Notes: generated from the letters alone by a model not told the origin. 64,000 nt of DNA from an uncultured Acidobacteriota bacterium (GCA_963779415.1 CAVZYA010000001.1:1728001-1792000), one strand, 5' to 3'. Shown: positions 10,337-19,699, counted from the first letter of the stretch. Translations and numbers: made by a program.

Positions 10337-10561
10337 GTCGAAGCCCCAGCTCGTCCCCTGCAGCTTCCAGACGCCGCTGATCGTCCCGGCCCAGAGCGTC
10401 GTGCCGTCGGAGGCGAGGGCGTTCGTGTCGGCCCCTTCCAGACCGGCCACCGGCTGGAACCAGAGCCCGGCTTCTGACGGCGCCGCCCCGGAAGAACAGA
10501 AAGCCACGACGACGGCAAGCCACACGAACCGTCGATGTCGCCTCGATTCCCTTAGACGCAT
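10337..10561 (-). pseudogene. N-terminal remnant of a secreted propeller protein
   Basis: Signal peptide, then VAGLEGADTNALASDGTTLWAGTISGVWKL, then abrupt loss of protein-like sequence. Confidence 0.55.
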
Positions 10562-10726
10562 CTCGTGGGCGCTCTTCCGTGGGGGACCGGCCTGGCGGGG
10601 CATCGGGCGTCCTCCATTCGCTACGAATTCGGGAGGGTCGAGCCTCCGGCGCATCGCTCTGCGGGAATGATGCCACCGGCCGGGTGCGTCAGACTGCCGG
10701 AGGAGACGCGAGCCGGGCGGCAGGCC

Positions 10727-11038
10727 TCACCTACGGTCCGCCCAGTAGCCGGGCCGCCGCTTGTGATGCATGACAGCCACGATCCGAATGCGGTCCGGCT
10801 CGACGGCGTAGACGAGGCTGTAGGGGAATCCGGAGAGGACCTTGCGGCGAACGCCCCCTGGACGGACGACGGGAGCCGACTCGGGCGCGATCCGGATCCG
10901 GTCGATGCCGCGCACGACTTCGGCCTCGAACCGTGCTCCGAGCCCCCGCTCTTCTCTTTCGTAATATCGGACCGCTTCCGTCAGCTCGGCGTCGGCCCCG
11001 GGGTGGAGATGGACCTTACGAGCGGGCGGCTCGGGCAC
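10727..11038 (-). CDS. Type II toxin, RelE/ParE family
   Basis: HPGADAELTEAVRYYE..GLGARF, FPYSLVY, VAVMHHKRRPGYW. Confidence 0.9.
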   Translation of the reverse strand: MPEPPARKVHLHPGADAELTEAVRYYEREERGLGARFEAEVVRGIDRIRIAPESAPVVRPGGVRRKVLSGFPYSLVYAVEPDRIRIVAVMHHKRRPGYWADRR

Positions 11039-11240
11039 GGGCGAGGGACTCCTTCAGCGGGATCTCCTTGACCTTCCCGTCACGCATCTCGCGAAGGCGT
11101 CGCTCCGCCTCGTCGAGCCAGAGCGATTCGACCTCGGCCTCCGTCAGCTCGTCCAGGCTGTCCAGCAGGCGGCGGGCGATCCGGGCCCGGCTCTTGTGAT
11201 CGAGCTTCAGGGCCGCAGCGACGATCTGCTCCGTGCTCAT
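11016..11240 (-). CDS. Addiction module antitoxin (TIGR02574-like)
   Basis: ALKL..RARIARRLLDSLD..WLDEAERRLREMRDGKV; overlaps the toxin start. Confidence 0.88.
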   Translation of the reverse strand: MSTEQIVAAALKLDHKSRARIARRLLDSLDELTEAEVESLWLDEAERRLREMRDGKVKEIPLKESLARARAARS

Positions 11241-11307
11241 CGTCTCGGATTCTATCGTCCCTCCAATGTCGATCGGGCGGCGTCCTTCCGGACGGAATGC
11301 CTCAGGC

Positions 11308-12852
11308 TCAGAACGCCTGGCTCGAGGCGAACGAGACGAGCCAGCCGGTCCGTCCGAGCGGATCGGGATTGAAGGCTCGCGCGACGTCGAGGCGGAGGAG
11401 CGACATCTGCGACGCGCGCGTCAACCCGAATCGGAGGCCGACACCGGCGTCCGCGAGCCGCCAGGTCCCGTCCGGCGGGCCCCACGACACCCCGGTGTCG
11501 AAGAAGACCGCCGCTCCGATCGAGACGAGATGCAGGAGATCGCGGAAATAGACCTTGCGCAGCTCGAAGTTCCCGACGAGGTGGCCGGTCGCCGAGACGG
11601 CGTGGAGGCGGTAGGCCCGGACGCCCGTCTCTCCGTCGAGATAGATCTGGAACTCCGGGTCGAGGCGCCAGCCCGAGACGACGCCGATCCGGGCGACGAG
11701 CGTGCCGTCGGGAATCTGAAGGATGGCACGGAGGTCGAGGTTCACGATCGCGTTCTGGGGGCCGTTCTCGTAACGCGTCTCGGCGCTCACCGTCGCCAGC
11801 GAGAAGCCGTGCGGAAGGAGCGTTCCCATCGCGCCGCGCAGCGTCATCCGGGCGGCGCCCGTCGCGCCGAAGACCTGCGGGGAGAGGCCAAGCTGGATCT
11901 GCCCCACCGGTGCGAGGTTGAAGTCCTCGACCCGGTCGATCCTGTCGACGTCCATCCGTTGAATCCATCCCAGGGCCTCCCGCTCGACTCCCGTGCCGAT
12001 GAAGAAAAAGCGGCGCGGGAGCGAGGGCGGAGGCGGCGGCGGCCCGAAAGGCCCGGCCGTGACGGTCGTGTCGTTGAACTCCAAGAAACCGAGAACCCGG
12101 TTCGCCGTGGTCTCCGAGAGGGAGACCCGGAGCCCCCCGTCGGCGCGAAGGAACTCCCGGCGCTCCGAATAGATCGCCGCCTCCTCGCCCCCGGCGTAGA
12201 TCTTCGGCTCGAAGCGGGCCTGCTGGAGATCCGTCCCCCACGCCCACTTCGTGTCGAGCGCGTAGAAGGGTCGGTTCAGACCCGCTTCATAGTACGTACC
12301 GTCCGAGAGGTTCGAGTAGACGAGCTTCAGGAGGGTGTACGGCTCGAGGAAGGCCGGGTCCGCGAAAGTGAACGACCGCGAGGTTCTTTCCGTCCCCTTG
12401 TCGTACAGGAACTTCAGCTGGCGTCCCGTGCCGAGGAGGTTCGCCTCCTCCACGCCGACCTGATAGGACGTGAAGCCCCCCTTGCTGGAGTAGGCCCCTC
12501 GAAGAAGGAGCGTCCATGTGTCGCCGGTCTCGACGATGACCTTCGTCCCTTCGTACCGGACGACGACGAAGCGAAAGAGACCCGTGGCACGGAGGTTCCG
12601 CTCCGTCTCGGCGAATTTTTCCGGGTCGATCGGATCGCCGACGTCAAAGAGGAGGAACTTCCGGATCAGACTCTTCCGGCTGACGGCATGGAGGGCGTTC
12701 GCGAGGCCGTACGGGAAGAACGAAGCCGCCGCTTCGGTGGGGCTGAAGACGTTGTCCGACCGGATCTCGATCTCGGTGATCCGGGCCGGCTCTCCGAAAG
12801 CCGCCCGGGCGAGGAGGAGGGCGATCAGCGCCGCTCCCGAGCGAGCCCTCAC
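11308..12852 (-). CDS. BamA/TamA-like outer membrane beta-barrel protein with POTRA-like N-terminus
   Basis: Signal peptide, AETERNLRATGLF, EANLLGTG, VRAY, DAGVGLRFG, C-terminal Phe. Confidence 0.8.
   Translation of the reverse strand: MRARSGAALIALLLARAAFGEPARITEIEIRSDNVFSPTEAAASFFPYGLANALHAVSRKSLIRKFLLFDVGDPIDPEKFAETERNLRATGLFRFVVVRYEGTKVIVETGDTWTLLLRGAYSSKGGFTSYQVGVEEANLLGTGRQLKFLYDKGTERTSRSFTFADPAFLEPYTLLKLVYSNLSDGTYYEAGLNRPFYALDTKWAWGTDLQQARFEPKIYAGGEEAAIYSERREFLRADGGLRVSLSETTANRVLGFLEFNDTTVTAGPFGPPPPPPSLPRRFFFIGTGVEREALGWIQRMDVDRIDRVEDFNLAPVGQIQLGLSPQVFGATGAARMTLRGAMGTLLPHGFSLATVSAETRYENGPQNAIVNLDLRAILQIPDGTLVARIGVVSGWRLDPEFQIYLDGETGVRAYRLHAVSATGHLVGNFELRKVYFRDLLHLVSIGAAVFFDTGVSWGPPDGTWRLADAGVGLRFGLTRASQMSLLRLDVARAFNPDPLGRTGWLVSFASSQAF
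11447..11473. repeat. 27-bp direct repeat, right copy, inside the 3' end of the BamA-like gene
   Basis: Identical to 8214-8240. Confidence 0.85.
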
Positions 12853-13442
12853 GGGCGGCGGGGATCCCAGAGCGTCTCGCCGTCGCCGCGCGACCGAGCG
12901 ACCCAGCGCGAGAGGACGAAGAGGAGATCCGAGAGACGGTTCAGGTAGGGGAGGCAGTGCTCGCCGATCGCCTCCTGCCGCGCGAGCGTCGTCACGGAGC
13001 GCTCCGCCCGCCGGCAGACGGTCCGGGCCTGATGCAGGAAGGCCCCCACCGGGCCCCCGCCGGGAAGAACGAAGGACGTCAGTTCGGGGAGCCCTTCGTT
13101 GAACGCGTCGATCTCCGACTCGATCCCGGCGACGTGGCGCGCCTCGACGACCGGCTGGTTCGGATGGCGGTCGCCGGGAAGGGTCGCGAGGTCGGAGCCG
13201 AGGTTGAAGAGGTCGTTCTGGAGCCGGTCGAGAAGCGCGTCGAGGCGCGCCCTCCCGGCCTCCTCCCCGCCCGGCGTGACGCGATTGGCGACCCGCACGA
13301 GGCCGAGAACGGCGTTCAGCTCGTCCACCGTTCCGTAGCTCTCGATCCGGATCGAGTCTTTCGCGATCCGTTGTCCCCCCACGAGGCTCGTCTCCCCGCG
13401 GTCGCCCCCTCGCGTATAGACGCGGTTGATCCGGATCGGCAT
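12849..13442 (-). CDS. pduO: Cob(I)alamin adenosyltransferase, PduO type
   Basis: VYTRGGDRGETSL, YGTVDELN, FVLPGG, RTVCRRAER, YLNRLSD. Confidence 0.95.
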   Translation of the reverse strand: MPIRINRVYTRGGDRGETSLVGGQRIAKDSIRIESYGTVDELNAVLGLVRVANRVTPGGEEAGRARLDALLDRLQNDLFNLGSDLATLPGDRHPNQPVVEARHVAGIESEIDAFNEGLPELTSFVLPGGGPVGAFLHQARTVCRRAERSVTTLARQEAIGEHCLPYLNRLSDLLFVLSRWVARSRGDGETLWDPRRP

Positions 13443-13485
13443 CCTCGGCGCTCTCCCTCAGGCCGGCAGCTTACACTCCGTCGTC

Positions 13486-14307
13486 ATGCCTCCGGCGGAT
13501 TACGGGACCGACTATCACCTCCACACGGCGCGGTGCGGCCACGCGGGGGGAACGATGCGCGAGTTCGTCGAGTCCGCTCTCGCGAACGGCCTCGCCGAGA
13601 TCGCCTTCACCGACCACAGCCCGCTCTATTTCCTCCCGGGCGAGGACCCCGATCCGAATCTCGCGATGACGCGCTCCGAACTGCCGGGGTACGTGGAGGA
13701 GGTGCGCACGCTCCGCGACGAGTACCACGGGCGGATCGACGTCCTCCTCGGCCTCGAGGCCGACTACGCCGAAGGGCACGAAGCGGCCCTCCGGGAGATT
13801 CTCGAGGCGTACGACTGGGACGTCGTCCTCGGCTCGGTCCACTGGGTGGCCGGGGGCTGGATCGACGCGCCCGGCTCCGCGACACGCCACCGGGACGAAG
13901 GGACCGTCTTCCTCTGGTGGGAATACTGGCGTCTCGTCGCGAAGGCCTGTGGGACAGGGCTCTTCGACGTCATCTCCCACTTCGATCTCCCGAAGAAATT
14001 CGGGAACCGGATGCCGGAGTCGCTCCGGGGGGCCGAGGACCGCGCCGTGGAGGCGGCACGGAAGGCGCGCGTCGCGGTCGAGGTCTCGAGCGCCGGTCTC
14101 CGGAAGCCCGTCGGCGAGGAATACCCGGCCCCGGACCTTCTCCGGCGGCTCGTGGCCGCCGGCGTTCCGATCGTCTTCTCCTCCGACGCCCACGCCCCGG
14201 CCGAGGTCGCCTGGGGCCGGAGCCGCATCGTCGAGGCCGCCCTTCAGGCCGGCGCCACCGAGCAGCTCTCCTTCCGCCGCCGGAAGCCGCGGCCGCACCC
14301 GATCTGA
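13486..14307 (+). CDS. hisJ: Histidinol-phosphatase, PHP/HisJ family
   Basis: DYHLHT, FTDHSP, LGSVH, HFDLPKKF, SSDAH. Confidence 0.85.
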   Translation: MPPADYGTDYHLHTARCGHAGGTMREFVESALANGLAEIAFTDHSPLYFLPGEDPDPNLAMTRSELPGYVEEVRTLRDEYHGRIDVLLGLEADYAEGHEAALREILEAYDWDVVLGSVHWVAGGWIDAPGSATRHRDEGTVFLWWEYWRLVAKACGTGLFDVISHFDLPKKFGNRMPESLRGAEDRAVEAARKARVAVEVSSAGLRKPVGEEYPAPDLLRRLVAAGVPIVFSSDAHAPAEVAWGRSRIVEAALQAGATEQLSFRRRKPRPHPI

Positions 14308-14311
14308 GCGG

Positions 14312-14752
14312 TCAGCGCGCGGTCGATTCGCCCGCCGCGCCCTCCAGCTCGACCGCGAAGGAAGGCGTCACACGGAGCGTGAGCGAAACGAGCTGGCAGC
14401 GCCACCCTTCGCGCGCGATCCGCGCCGCCACCCGGTCCCAGATCCAGCGGGCGAGGTTCTCCGCCGTCGGGACGGTCCGCGCGAACTCGGGGATCTCGGC
14501 GTTGAGGTGGCGGTGGTCCAGCGGCCGGTCGACTTCCTCCTTCAGGATCCGGTCGAGGTCGGACAGATTCACGATCATCCCGTCCTCGGCGTCGACGGGG
14601 CCCGCGACGGAGACCTCGAGCACGTAGTTGTGCCCGTAGCCCGACGGGCTCGTGGCATCTCCGTACGTCTCGCGGTTCCACGCCTCGCTCTTCTCCGGAT
14701 TCCAGAGACGGTGAGCCGCGTTGAAGTGGATGGTCCGGGAAAGAGAGATCAA
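14312..14752 (-). CDS. queD: 6-carboxytetrahydropterin / 6-pyruvoyl-tetrahydropterin synthase
   Basis: FNAAHRL, GHNYVLEV, LDHRHLN, PTAENLA; the usual Cys and terminal ET motif are altered. Confidence 0.8.
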   Translation of the reverse strand: MISLSRTIHFNAAHRLWNPEKSEAWNRETYGDATSPSGYGHNYVLEVSVAGPVDAEDGMIVNLSDLDRILKEEVDRPLDHRHLNAEIPEFARTVPTAENLARWIWDRVAARIAREGWRCQLVSLTLRVTPSFAVELEGAAGESTAR

Positions 14753-14759
14753 GACTCTC

Positions 14760-15227
14760 TTATTTCACTCCGACCAGCTCGACATCGAAGATCAGCGTCG
14801 CGTTCGGCGGGATGACGCCGCCGGCGCCGCGGGCGCCATAGCCGAGGTCGGGCGGGATCAGCAGCGTGCGCTTGCCGCCGACCTTCATCGTGGCGACGCC
14901 CTCGTCCCATCCCTTGATGACGCGCCCCATCCCGAGAGGGAACTCGAAGGGCTTTCCGCGGTCGAAGGAGCTGTCGAACTTCGCCCCCTTCGCCCCGTTC
15001 ACCCAGAGCCAGCCCGTGTAGTGCATGACGCAGGTCTGGCCCGCCTTCGGCGACGCGCCCGTGCCGACTTTCGTCTCCTCGTACTGGAGGCCGGAGGGGG
15101 TCTTGACCATCTTCGACTCCTTCTTCTCCGCCGCGGCCGGCGGGGCGGCCTTCTCTTCGGCGGGCGCGGGCGCGGTCCAGAGGACGGCGACGGCCGGGAG
15201 GAGAAGGAGAGAGGCGTGCTTTTTCAT
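14760..15227 (-). CDS. FKBP-type peptidyl-prolyl isomerase (exported)
   Basis: Signal peptide, HYTGWL, FDSS, VIKGWDEG, LGYG, IPPNATLIFDVEL. Confidence 0.95.
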   Translation of the reverse strand: MKKHASLLLLPAVAVLWTAPAPAEEKAAPPAAAEKKESKMVKTPSGLQYEETKVGTGASPKAGQTCVMHYTGWLWVNGAKGAKFDSSFDRGKPFEFPLGMGRVIKGWDEGVATMKVGGKRTLLIPPDLGYGARGAGGVIPPNATLIFDVELVGVK

Positions 15228-15279
15228 CTTCCGGAAGCTTCCTTTCGTCGGTTTCGGCCCCGGGGGGCCGACGCGGAGT

Positions 15280-16623
15280 CTAACGCGCCCGCGCCGGAAT
15301 CCCGGCGACGACCCGGGCCACCTCCCCGGCGAGCTGCCCGGGGACGACCTCCTGAAGCTCGTACCGGACGCGAACGGACGGCTTCGACATCGTGACGACG
15401 CGTGCAAGGTCGATCGGTGTCCCGACGACGACGACGTCGCACGGCGTCCGCGCGATCGTCTCGGAAAGCTCTTCGACCTGCGTCGGACCGTAGCCCATCG
15501 CCGGGAGGATCCCGGCCGCGTTCGGGTACTTCCGGAAGGTCGACTCGATCGAGCCGACCGCGAAGGGGCGCGGGTCGACGATCTCCGCCGCTCCCGCGTT
15601 CTTCGCCGCGACGAGCCCGGCCCCGAAGCTCATGCCGCCGTGCGTGAGCGTCGGGCCGTCCTCGACGACGAGGGCCCTCCGGTTCCGCACGAGCTCCGGA
15701 TGCTCGCAGACGACCGGCGAGTTGCACCGGAGCACGCGTGCCTTCGGGTTCAGCCGCGCGGCCGCCGTCTCGACGAGGTGGATGTTCCCGGCGTCGGCCG
15801 TGTCGCACTTCCCGACGAGGATGAGGTCGGCGCGGCGGAAGTTCGCCTCGCCCGGGTGATAGCCGGTCTCGTGCCCGGGGCGGTGCGGGTCCGCCATGCA
15901 GATGTGGAGGGCGGGCTCGTAGAACGGGAGGTCGTTGTTGCCGCCGTCCCAGAGGATGACGTCGGCCTCGGCCTCCGCGCTCCGGAGGATCCGCTCGTAA
16001 TCGACCCCGGCGTAGACGACGAAGCCGTTGTCGAGGAGCGGCTCGTACTCCTCGCGCTCCTCGATCGTGCACTTCTCCCGGTCGAGGTCGGCGTACGCGG
16101 CGAAACGCTGGCAGGCCTGTGCCGCGAGGTCCCCGTAAGGCATCGGGTGGCGCACGGCGACGGCCCGAACCCCCAGCTCCTTGAGGAGCCGCGAAAGGTA
16201 GCGCGTCGTCTGGCTCTTCCCGGCGCCCGTCCGGACGGCGGTCACGGCGATGACCGGGACCTTCGCCTTCAGCATGGTGCGCGACGCGCCGAGAAGTGTG
16301 AAGTCCGCCCCCGCGGCGACGACGAGCGAGGCGAGGTGCATGACGGTCGCGTGGGCGACGTCGGAGTAGGAGAAGACGCAGAGGTCGATCTTCTCGTCGC
16401 GGATCAGGCGTGGAAGCTCCTCTTCGGGAAAGATCGGGATCCCGTCCGGGTAGAGCGGACCTGCGAGCGCGGCCGGATAGCGACGCCCTTCGATCCCCGG
16501 AATCTGGGTCGCCGTGAAGGCGACGACCCGGAGCGCCGGGTCGTCTCGGAAGACCGTGTTGAAGTCGTGGAAGTCGCGTCCGGCCGCACCGAGAATGACG
16601 ACTCGCCGCTGGGAACGCAGCAT
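15280..16623 (-). CDS. COG2403 P-loop ligase (cyclic 2,3-diphosphoglycerate synthetase-like / arginine synthetase ArcE-like)
   Basis: GAAGRDFHDFN, FTATQIP, AVRTGAGKS, RHPMPYG, EEREEYE, WDGGNND, EDGPTLTHG. Confidence 0.85.
   Translation of the reverse strand: MLRSQRRVVILGAAGRDFHDFNTVFRDDPALRVVAFTATQIPGIEGRRYPAALAGPLYPDGIPIFPEEELPRLIRDEKIDLCVFSYSDVAHATVMHLASLVVAAGADFTLLGASRTMLKAKVPVIAVTAVRTGAGKSQTTRYLSRLLKELGVRAVAVRHPMPYGDLAAQACQRFAAYADLDREKCTIEEREEYEPLLDNGFVVYAGVDYERILRSAEAEADVILWDGGNNDLPFYEPALHICMADPHRPGHETGYHPGEANFRRADLILVGKCDTADAGNIHLVETAAARLNPKARVLRCNSPVVCEHPELVRNRRALVVEDGPTLTHGGMSFGAGLVAAKNAGAAEIVDPRPFAVGSIESTFRKYPNAAGILPAMGYGPTQVEELSETIARTPCDVVVVGTPIDLARVVTMSKPSVRVRYELQEVVPGQLAGEVARVVAGIPARAR
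16556..16584. repeat. 29-bp direct repeat, left copy, in the 5' end of the COG2403 gene
   Basis: gtgttgaagtcgtggaagtcgcgtccggc identical to 20117-20145. Confidence 0.9.
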
Positions 16624-16865
16624 GGAAGCCCCCCGCGGCGCTGATTCTAGGGAGAAGCCCTCGGCAAGACTCTGATTCGGATGCCTCAGGGCGCGGAAGT
16701 TTCATCGCTCATGAGACGGTGACTTCGTAGGGCTCATGAGAAAGGGACCCACCCCCCGCAGGTCGTCGGAAATCGTCGATCCTACGGAGGGAAGGCCGCG
16801 AGGGGGTCGATTCTTCGTGATCGCGAGGGGGTCAGTCTTTCATGAGCGCGGGCACCTGATCCTAA

Positions 16866-17075
16866 TCACCCTTTTTCGATCATCGACCGGGGCGCCGCGT
16901 TGACGGCCGTCGACGCGGGAAATGCCGACGCGACGTCCGGGTCGAAAACCATGGCGATGACGCCCTTCGTCATGCGCGCCGCGAAGCGGTTTCGCCGCGA
17001 CTTCGCATAGTCGAAGCGGTACTCTGTGCGGAGTCCGGATGTCCCGACCTGCCTTCCAGCGCTGGCCTTCTTCGT
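16866..17075 (-). pseudogene. BrnA-like antitoxin remnant
   Basis: LRTEYRFDYAKSRRNRFA..FDPDVASAFP..AVNAA; expected ATG reads ACG. Confidence 0.65.
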
Positions 17076-17341
17076 AGTCGTGTCGTTCGCTCTTCGTGGC
17101 GCGGTGCGCGCTGAAAGATTCTGACGGATTCGCCGCGCTCCGCGAACGATACGACCAGGAGCTGTCGGCGCTGCGAGTGCCCCACGAGGATCTCCCGCGA
17201 TTCGCCGTCGGCGTGTGCGGGGTCGTCGAAGATCCGGCCCAGCGGATCGGCGAACGCCGTCAGGGCTTCGCCGAAGGAGACGCCATGCTTCGCGCGGTTC
17301 CTTCGCGCCTTCTCGCGGTTCCACTCGAAGATGAGCGACAT
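17060..17341 (-). pseudogene. BrnT toxin, frameshifted
   Basis: FEWNREKARRNRAKHGVSFGEA..FADP..ESREILVG..VRIF, then shifted SAHRATKSERHDYEE. Confidence 0.8.
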
Positions 17342-17786
17342 CGGCGGTTCCTGGAGGCTACAGCATGAGGCGACCGGCCGAGCCCCCCGTCTGCGCCGTC
17401 AGACCGGTCACGAAGAGCCCCCGCCGGCGGCGCGAAGAGCCGCGAGGTCCTCGTTACCCCCGACGAGTTCGACCAGATCGACCGGAACCGGAGGGCGTGA
17501 CGGGAGGGCACCGCGCGCCCCGGCGTTACGGAGGGCGGATCCAAATCTCCTGATCGCTACCGGATCACTTTCTCATGAGCGGTGACAGCGTGCGCGACAG
17601 TATGTTCCCAAGCGGAGACGCCCCCTGGTACGAGCCGTGCTGAGCGCCCGGCCCCTTCTCCCCGCCAGGCCGGAGCGCGCAGGGGGCGCCGACTCTTGGG
17701 TCGTGCTCTTCGAGCTGGATCACTGGGACGACGCCGGTTACATCACCACGGCGTCGCGGGCACGACCGCAAGCAGACTATAGATAT

Positions 17787-17838
17787 GAGACCTGACCCTT
17801 AGCCCTTACCCTTAGCCCTTCTTAGCCCTTTCTTAACC
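17787..17838. repeat. GAGACCTGACCCTT motif followed by short tandem repeats
   Basis: CTTAGCCCTT at 17798, 17811 and 17821. Confidence 0.85.
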
Positions 17839-17920
17839 GAAACGCGCGGCCGATCCGCTGGTCCTACTCCGATCCGTCTCACAGAATCCAACCCGCTTCC
17901 GCTTCTTCACGTACGAGCCA

Positions 17921-19561
17921 CTAGAGGAGGCGCTTAGCGAGCAGCATGCCCGCCGCGGCGAGCACCAGGGCGAGGAGCGCCAGAGACCTCCCGTCGAGGG
18001 TCGGGACCACAGTGGGGATCCCGGGGGTCACGGTGGGTGTCGGTGTCGGCCCCCCCTGGCAAATCGCCTCGTAGTCGATGGTGTCGCTGAAGACGTTCGA
18101 TTCCGTTCCACCCGACGTTTTGAGCTTGGCGTAGACGGTCTTCAGGCCGAATCCCGCCGACAGAGTCCAGTTCTTCGTCGCCGCGTACGGCTCGTAGACC
18201 GCGCCCGCGAAAAATGGGTCTTCGGAGATGATCATCTGCGTGATCGAGGGGTCCCCGAAGTTGTTGATCGAGAGCACGACATTCGCCGAGGTTGTGCAGG
18301 CCGCACCATCGTTGATGCTGATACCGCCCTGCGGCGGCGGGGTCCCCGAGGCGTAGAAGGCATACAGCCCGCCCCCGTCCAGCATCGCGAACACCCAACC
18401 GTCGGATATGGCGGGTGAGCAGGTATCGAAACCCTGAGTGTCCGCGGAAAACGTCGCGTACTCCGCCAGCACCTGGCCTGCCGAGCCGCTTCCGGCGGCG
18501 CCGACCACCTTCAGCTTCTGCGTTGTGCCCGCGCCGACGAACACCTTGTCGCCAGCGACGGAAGGCGAAGAGTAGTCGCGGCCCCCTGAGTCGCCGAGCT
18601 GAACCGAAGGGAAGCCAGTGAGCGTCGCGCCCGTGTTCTCGTCGAAGGCGTACAGGCGGCCGTCCCACCCGTACGTATACACGGCGCCGCCAGAGACGGC
18701 CGGGGAGCCGGAGTACGTGCTATCTCCCCCGTCAGGCTTGGACCACGCGAGAGTCCCATCGGAGAGCCTGTACACGTAGAGCTGATCGGCCTTGAAGAAG
18801 ATGAGGCCATCGACGACCGTCAAGCTCGAGACGCTCGACGCCGTCGAGATCGGGAAGCCGCCTACGACGACCTCGGCGCCGGTCGCCTTGTCATACTTGC
18901 GAATCGTGCTCGCCCCCGAGTTCGAGTACAGAAAGGATCCGGAGAGCGCCGGCTGGGTGTCGCTACCGGGGCATGGTACGGAATACTGCTGCACCCCCGC
19001 GGAGTTGTACTTCAGGAGGTTTCCGCCCGCCTTCACGTAGACGAAGCCTCCGTCGAGGAGGGGCCCTTCGTCATAGTTATACCCCAGGCTGCCAACGTTG
19101 GCGGTCCAGGCCGAACTCCCGTTCAGGTTGAACGCGAAGAGCGTCGAGCCGCCTCCCAGGGCGTAGATCTTGCCGTTCGCCACATCCACGGCGGGCGTGC
19201 CGTAGGTGGCCCCGATTGTTACCGGGAAGCCGGGTACGGCGACTCCCGTGGCGACCGTGAAGGCATACAGTTGGCCGGTGGTGGCCGCCATATACGCGAT
19301 GCCCCCGGCGACGACAACGCCGTTCTCCTCGACGAGAGGTGCCGTCGTATGCCAGCCGAGCGTCAGCGGAAGGTTGATCGTCTCCGATGACGCGGCAGCA
19401 TTCGAAGGCGTATTGCGCCACGTCGGCCAGTCGGCGCCAAAGGCGGCCGAGGTAGCGAACGCCATGCAGGTAACGAGGAAAGCAACGCAAGCGAGGCCCA
19501 GGAAGCCATTACGGTTGCTTTCCGGCGGCTGATTCGTAGTGAATCGAACTGTCCGTTCCAT
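17921..19561 (-). CDS. Secreted PQQ-like beta-propeller protein with IPTL-CTERM-like sorting signal
   Basis: Signal peptide, ADWPTWR, repeated SPAV..G..YAF..TG blades, PT linker, VVPTLDGRSLALLALVLAAAGMLLAKRLL tail. Confidence 0.85.
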   Translation of the reverse strand: MERTVRFTTNQPPESNRNGFLGLACVAFLVTCMAFATSAAFGADWPTWRNTPSNAAASSETINLPLTLGWHTTAPLVEENGVVVAGGIAYMAATTGQLYAFTVATGVAVPGFPVTIGATYGTPAVDVANGKIYALGGGSTLFAFNLNGSSAWTANVGSLGYNYDEGPLLDGGFVYVKAGGNLLKYNSAGVQQYSVPCPGSDTQPALSGSFLYSNSGASTIRKYDKATGAEVVVGGFPISTASSVSSLTVVDGLIFFKADQLYVYRLSDGTLAWSKPDGGDSTYSGSPAVSGGAVYTYGWDGRLYAFDENTGATLTGFPSVQLGDSGGRDYSSPSVAGDKVFVGAGTTQKLKVVGAAGSGSAGQVLAEYATFSADTQGFDTCSPAISDGWVFAMLDGGGLYAFYASGTPPPQGGISINDGAACTTSANVVLSINNFGDPSITQMIISEDPFFAGAVYEPYAATKNWTLSAGFGLKTVYAKLKTSGGTESNVFSDTIDYEAICQGGPTPTPTVTPGIPTVVPTLDGRSLALLALVLAAAGMLLAKRLL

Positions 19562-19671
19562 GCGGGTCCTCCTCAAGAAAGAAGCCAGCATCGGGGTGGT
19601 GCGCTTCTGGCATACCGCCACCGATGAATTCCAGGGCCGTGTTTTTGTCGCCTCCAGCTAAATCATCGGGG

Positions 19672-19699
19672 ATTCTGTTACATTTCAAGAGCATGTCAA
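19672..19699 (-). promoter_or_regulatory. sigma70-like promoter of the PQQ-propeller gene
   Basis: Minus strand TTGACA-N16-CAGAAT. Confidence 0.5.

Noticed and set aside
17345-17785. Short ORFs between BrnT and the PQQ-propeller gene
   Set aside because: No recognisable motifs; probably debris, and no call can be supported
17798-17836. Telomere-like CCCTTAG repeats
   Set aside because: Only about three imperfect units, internal to a bacterial sequence; treated as local duplications
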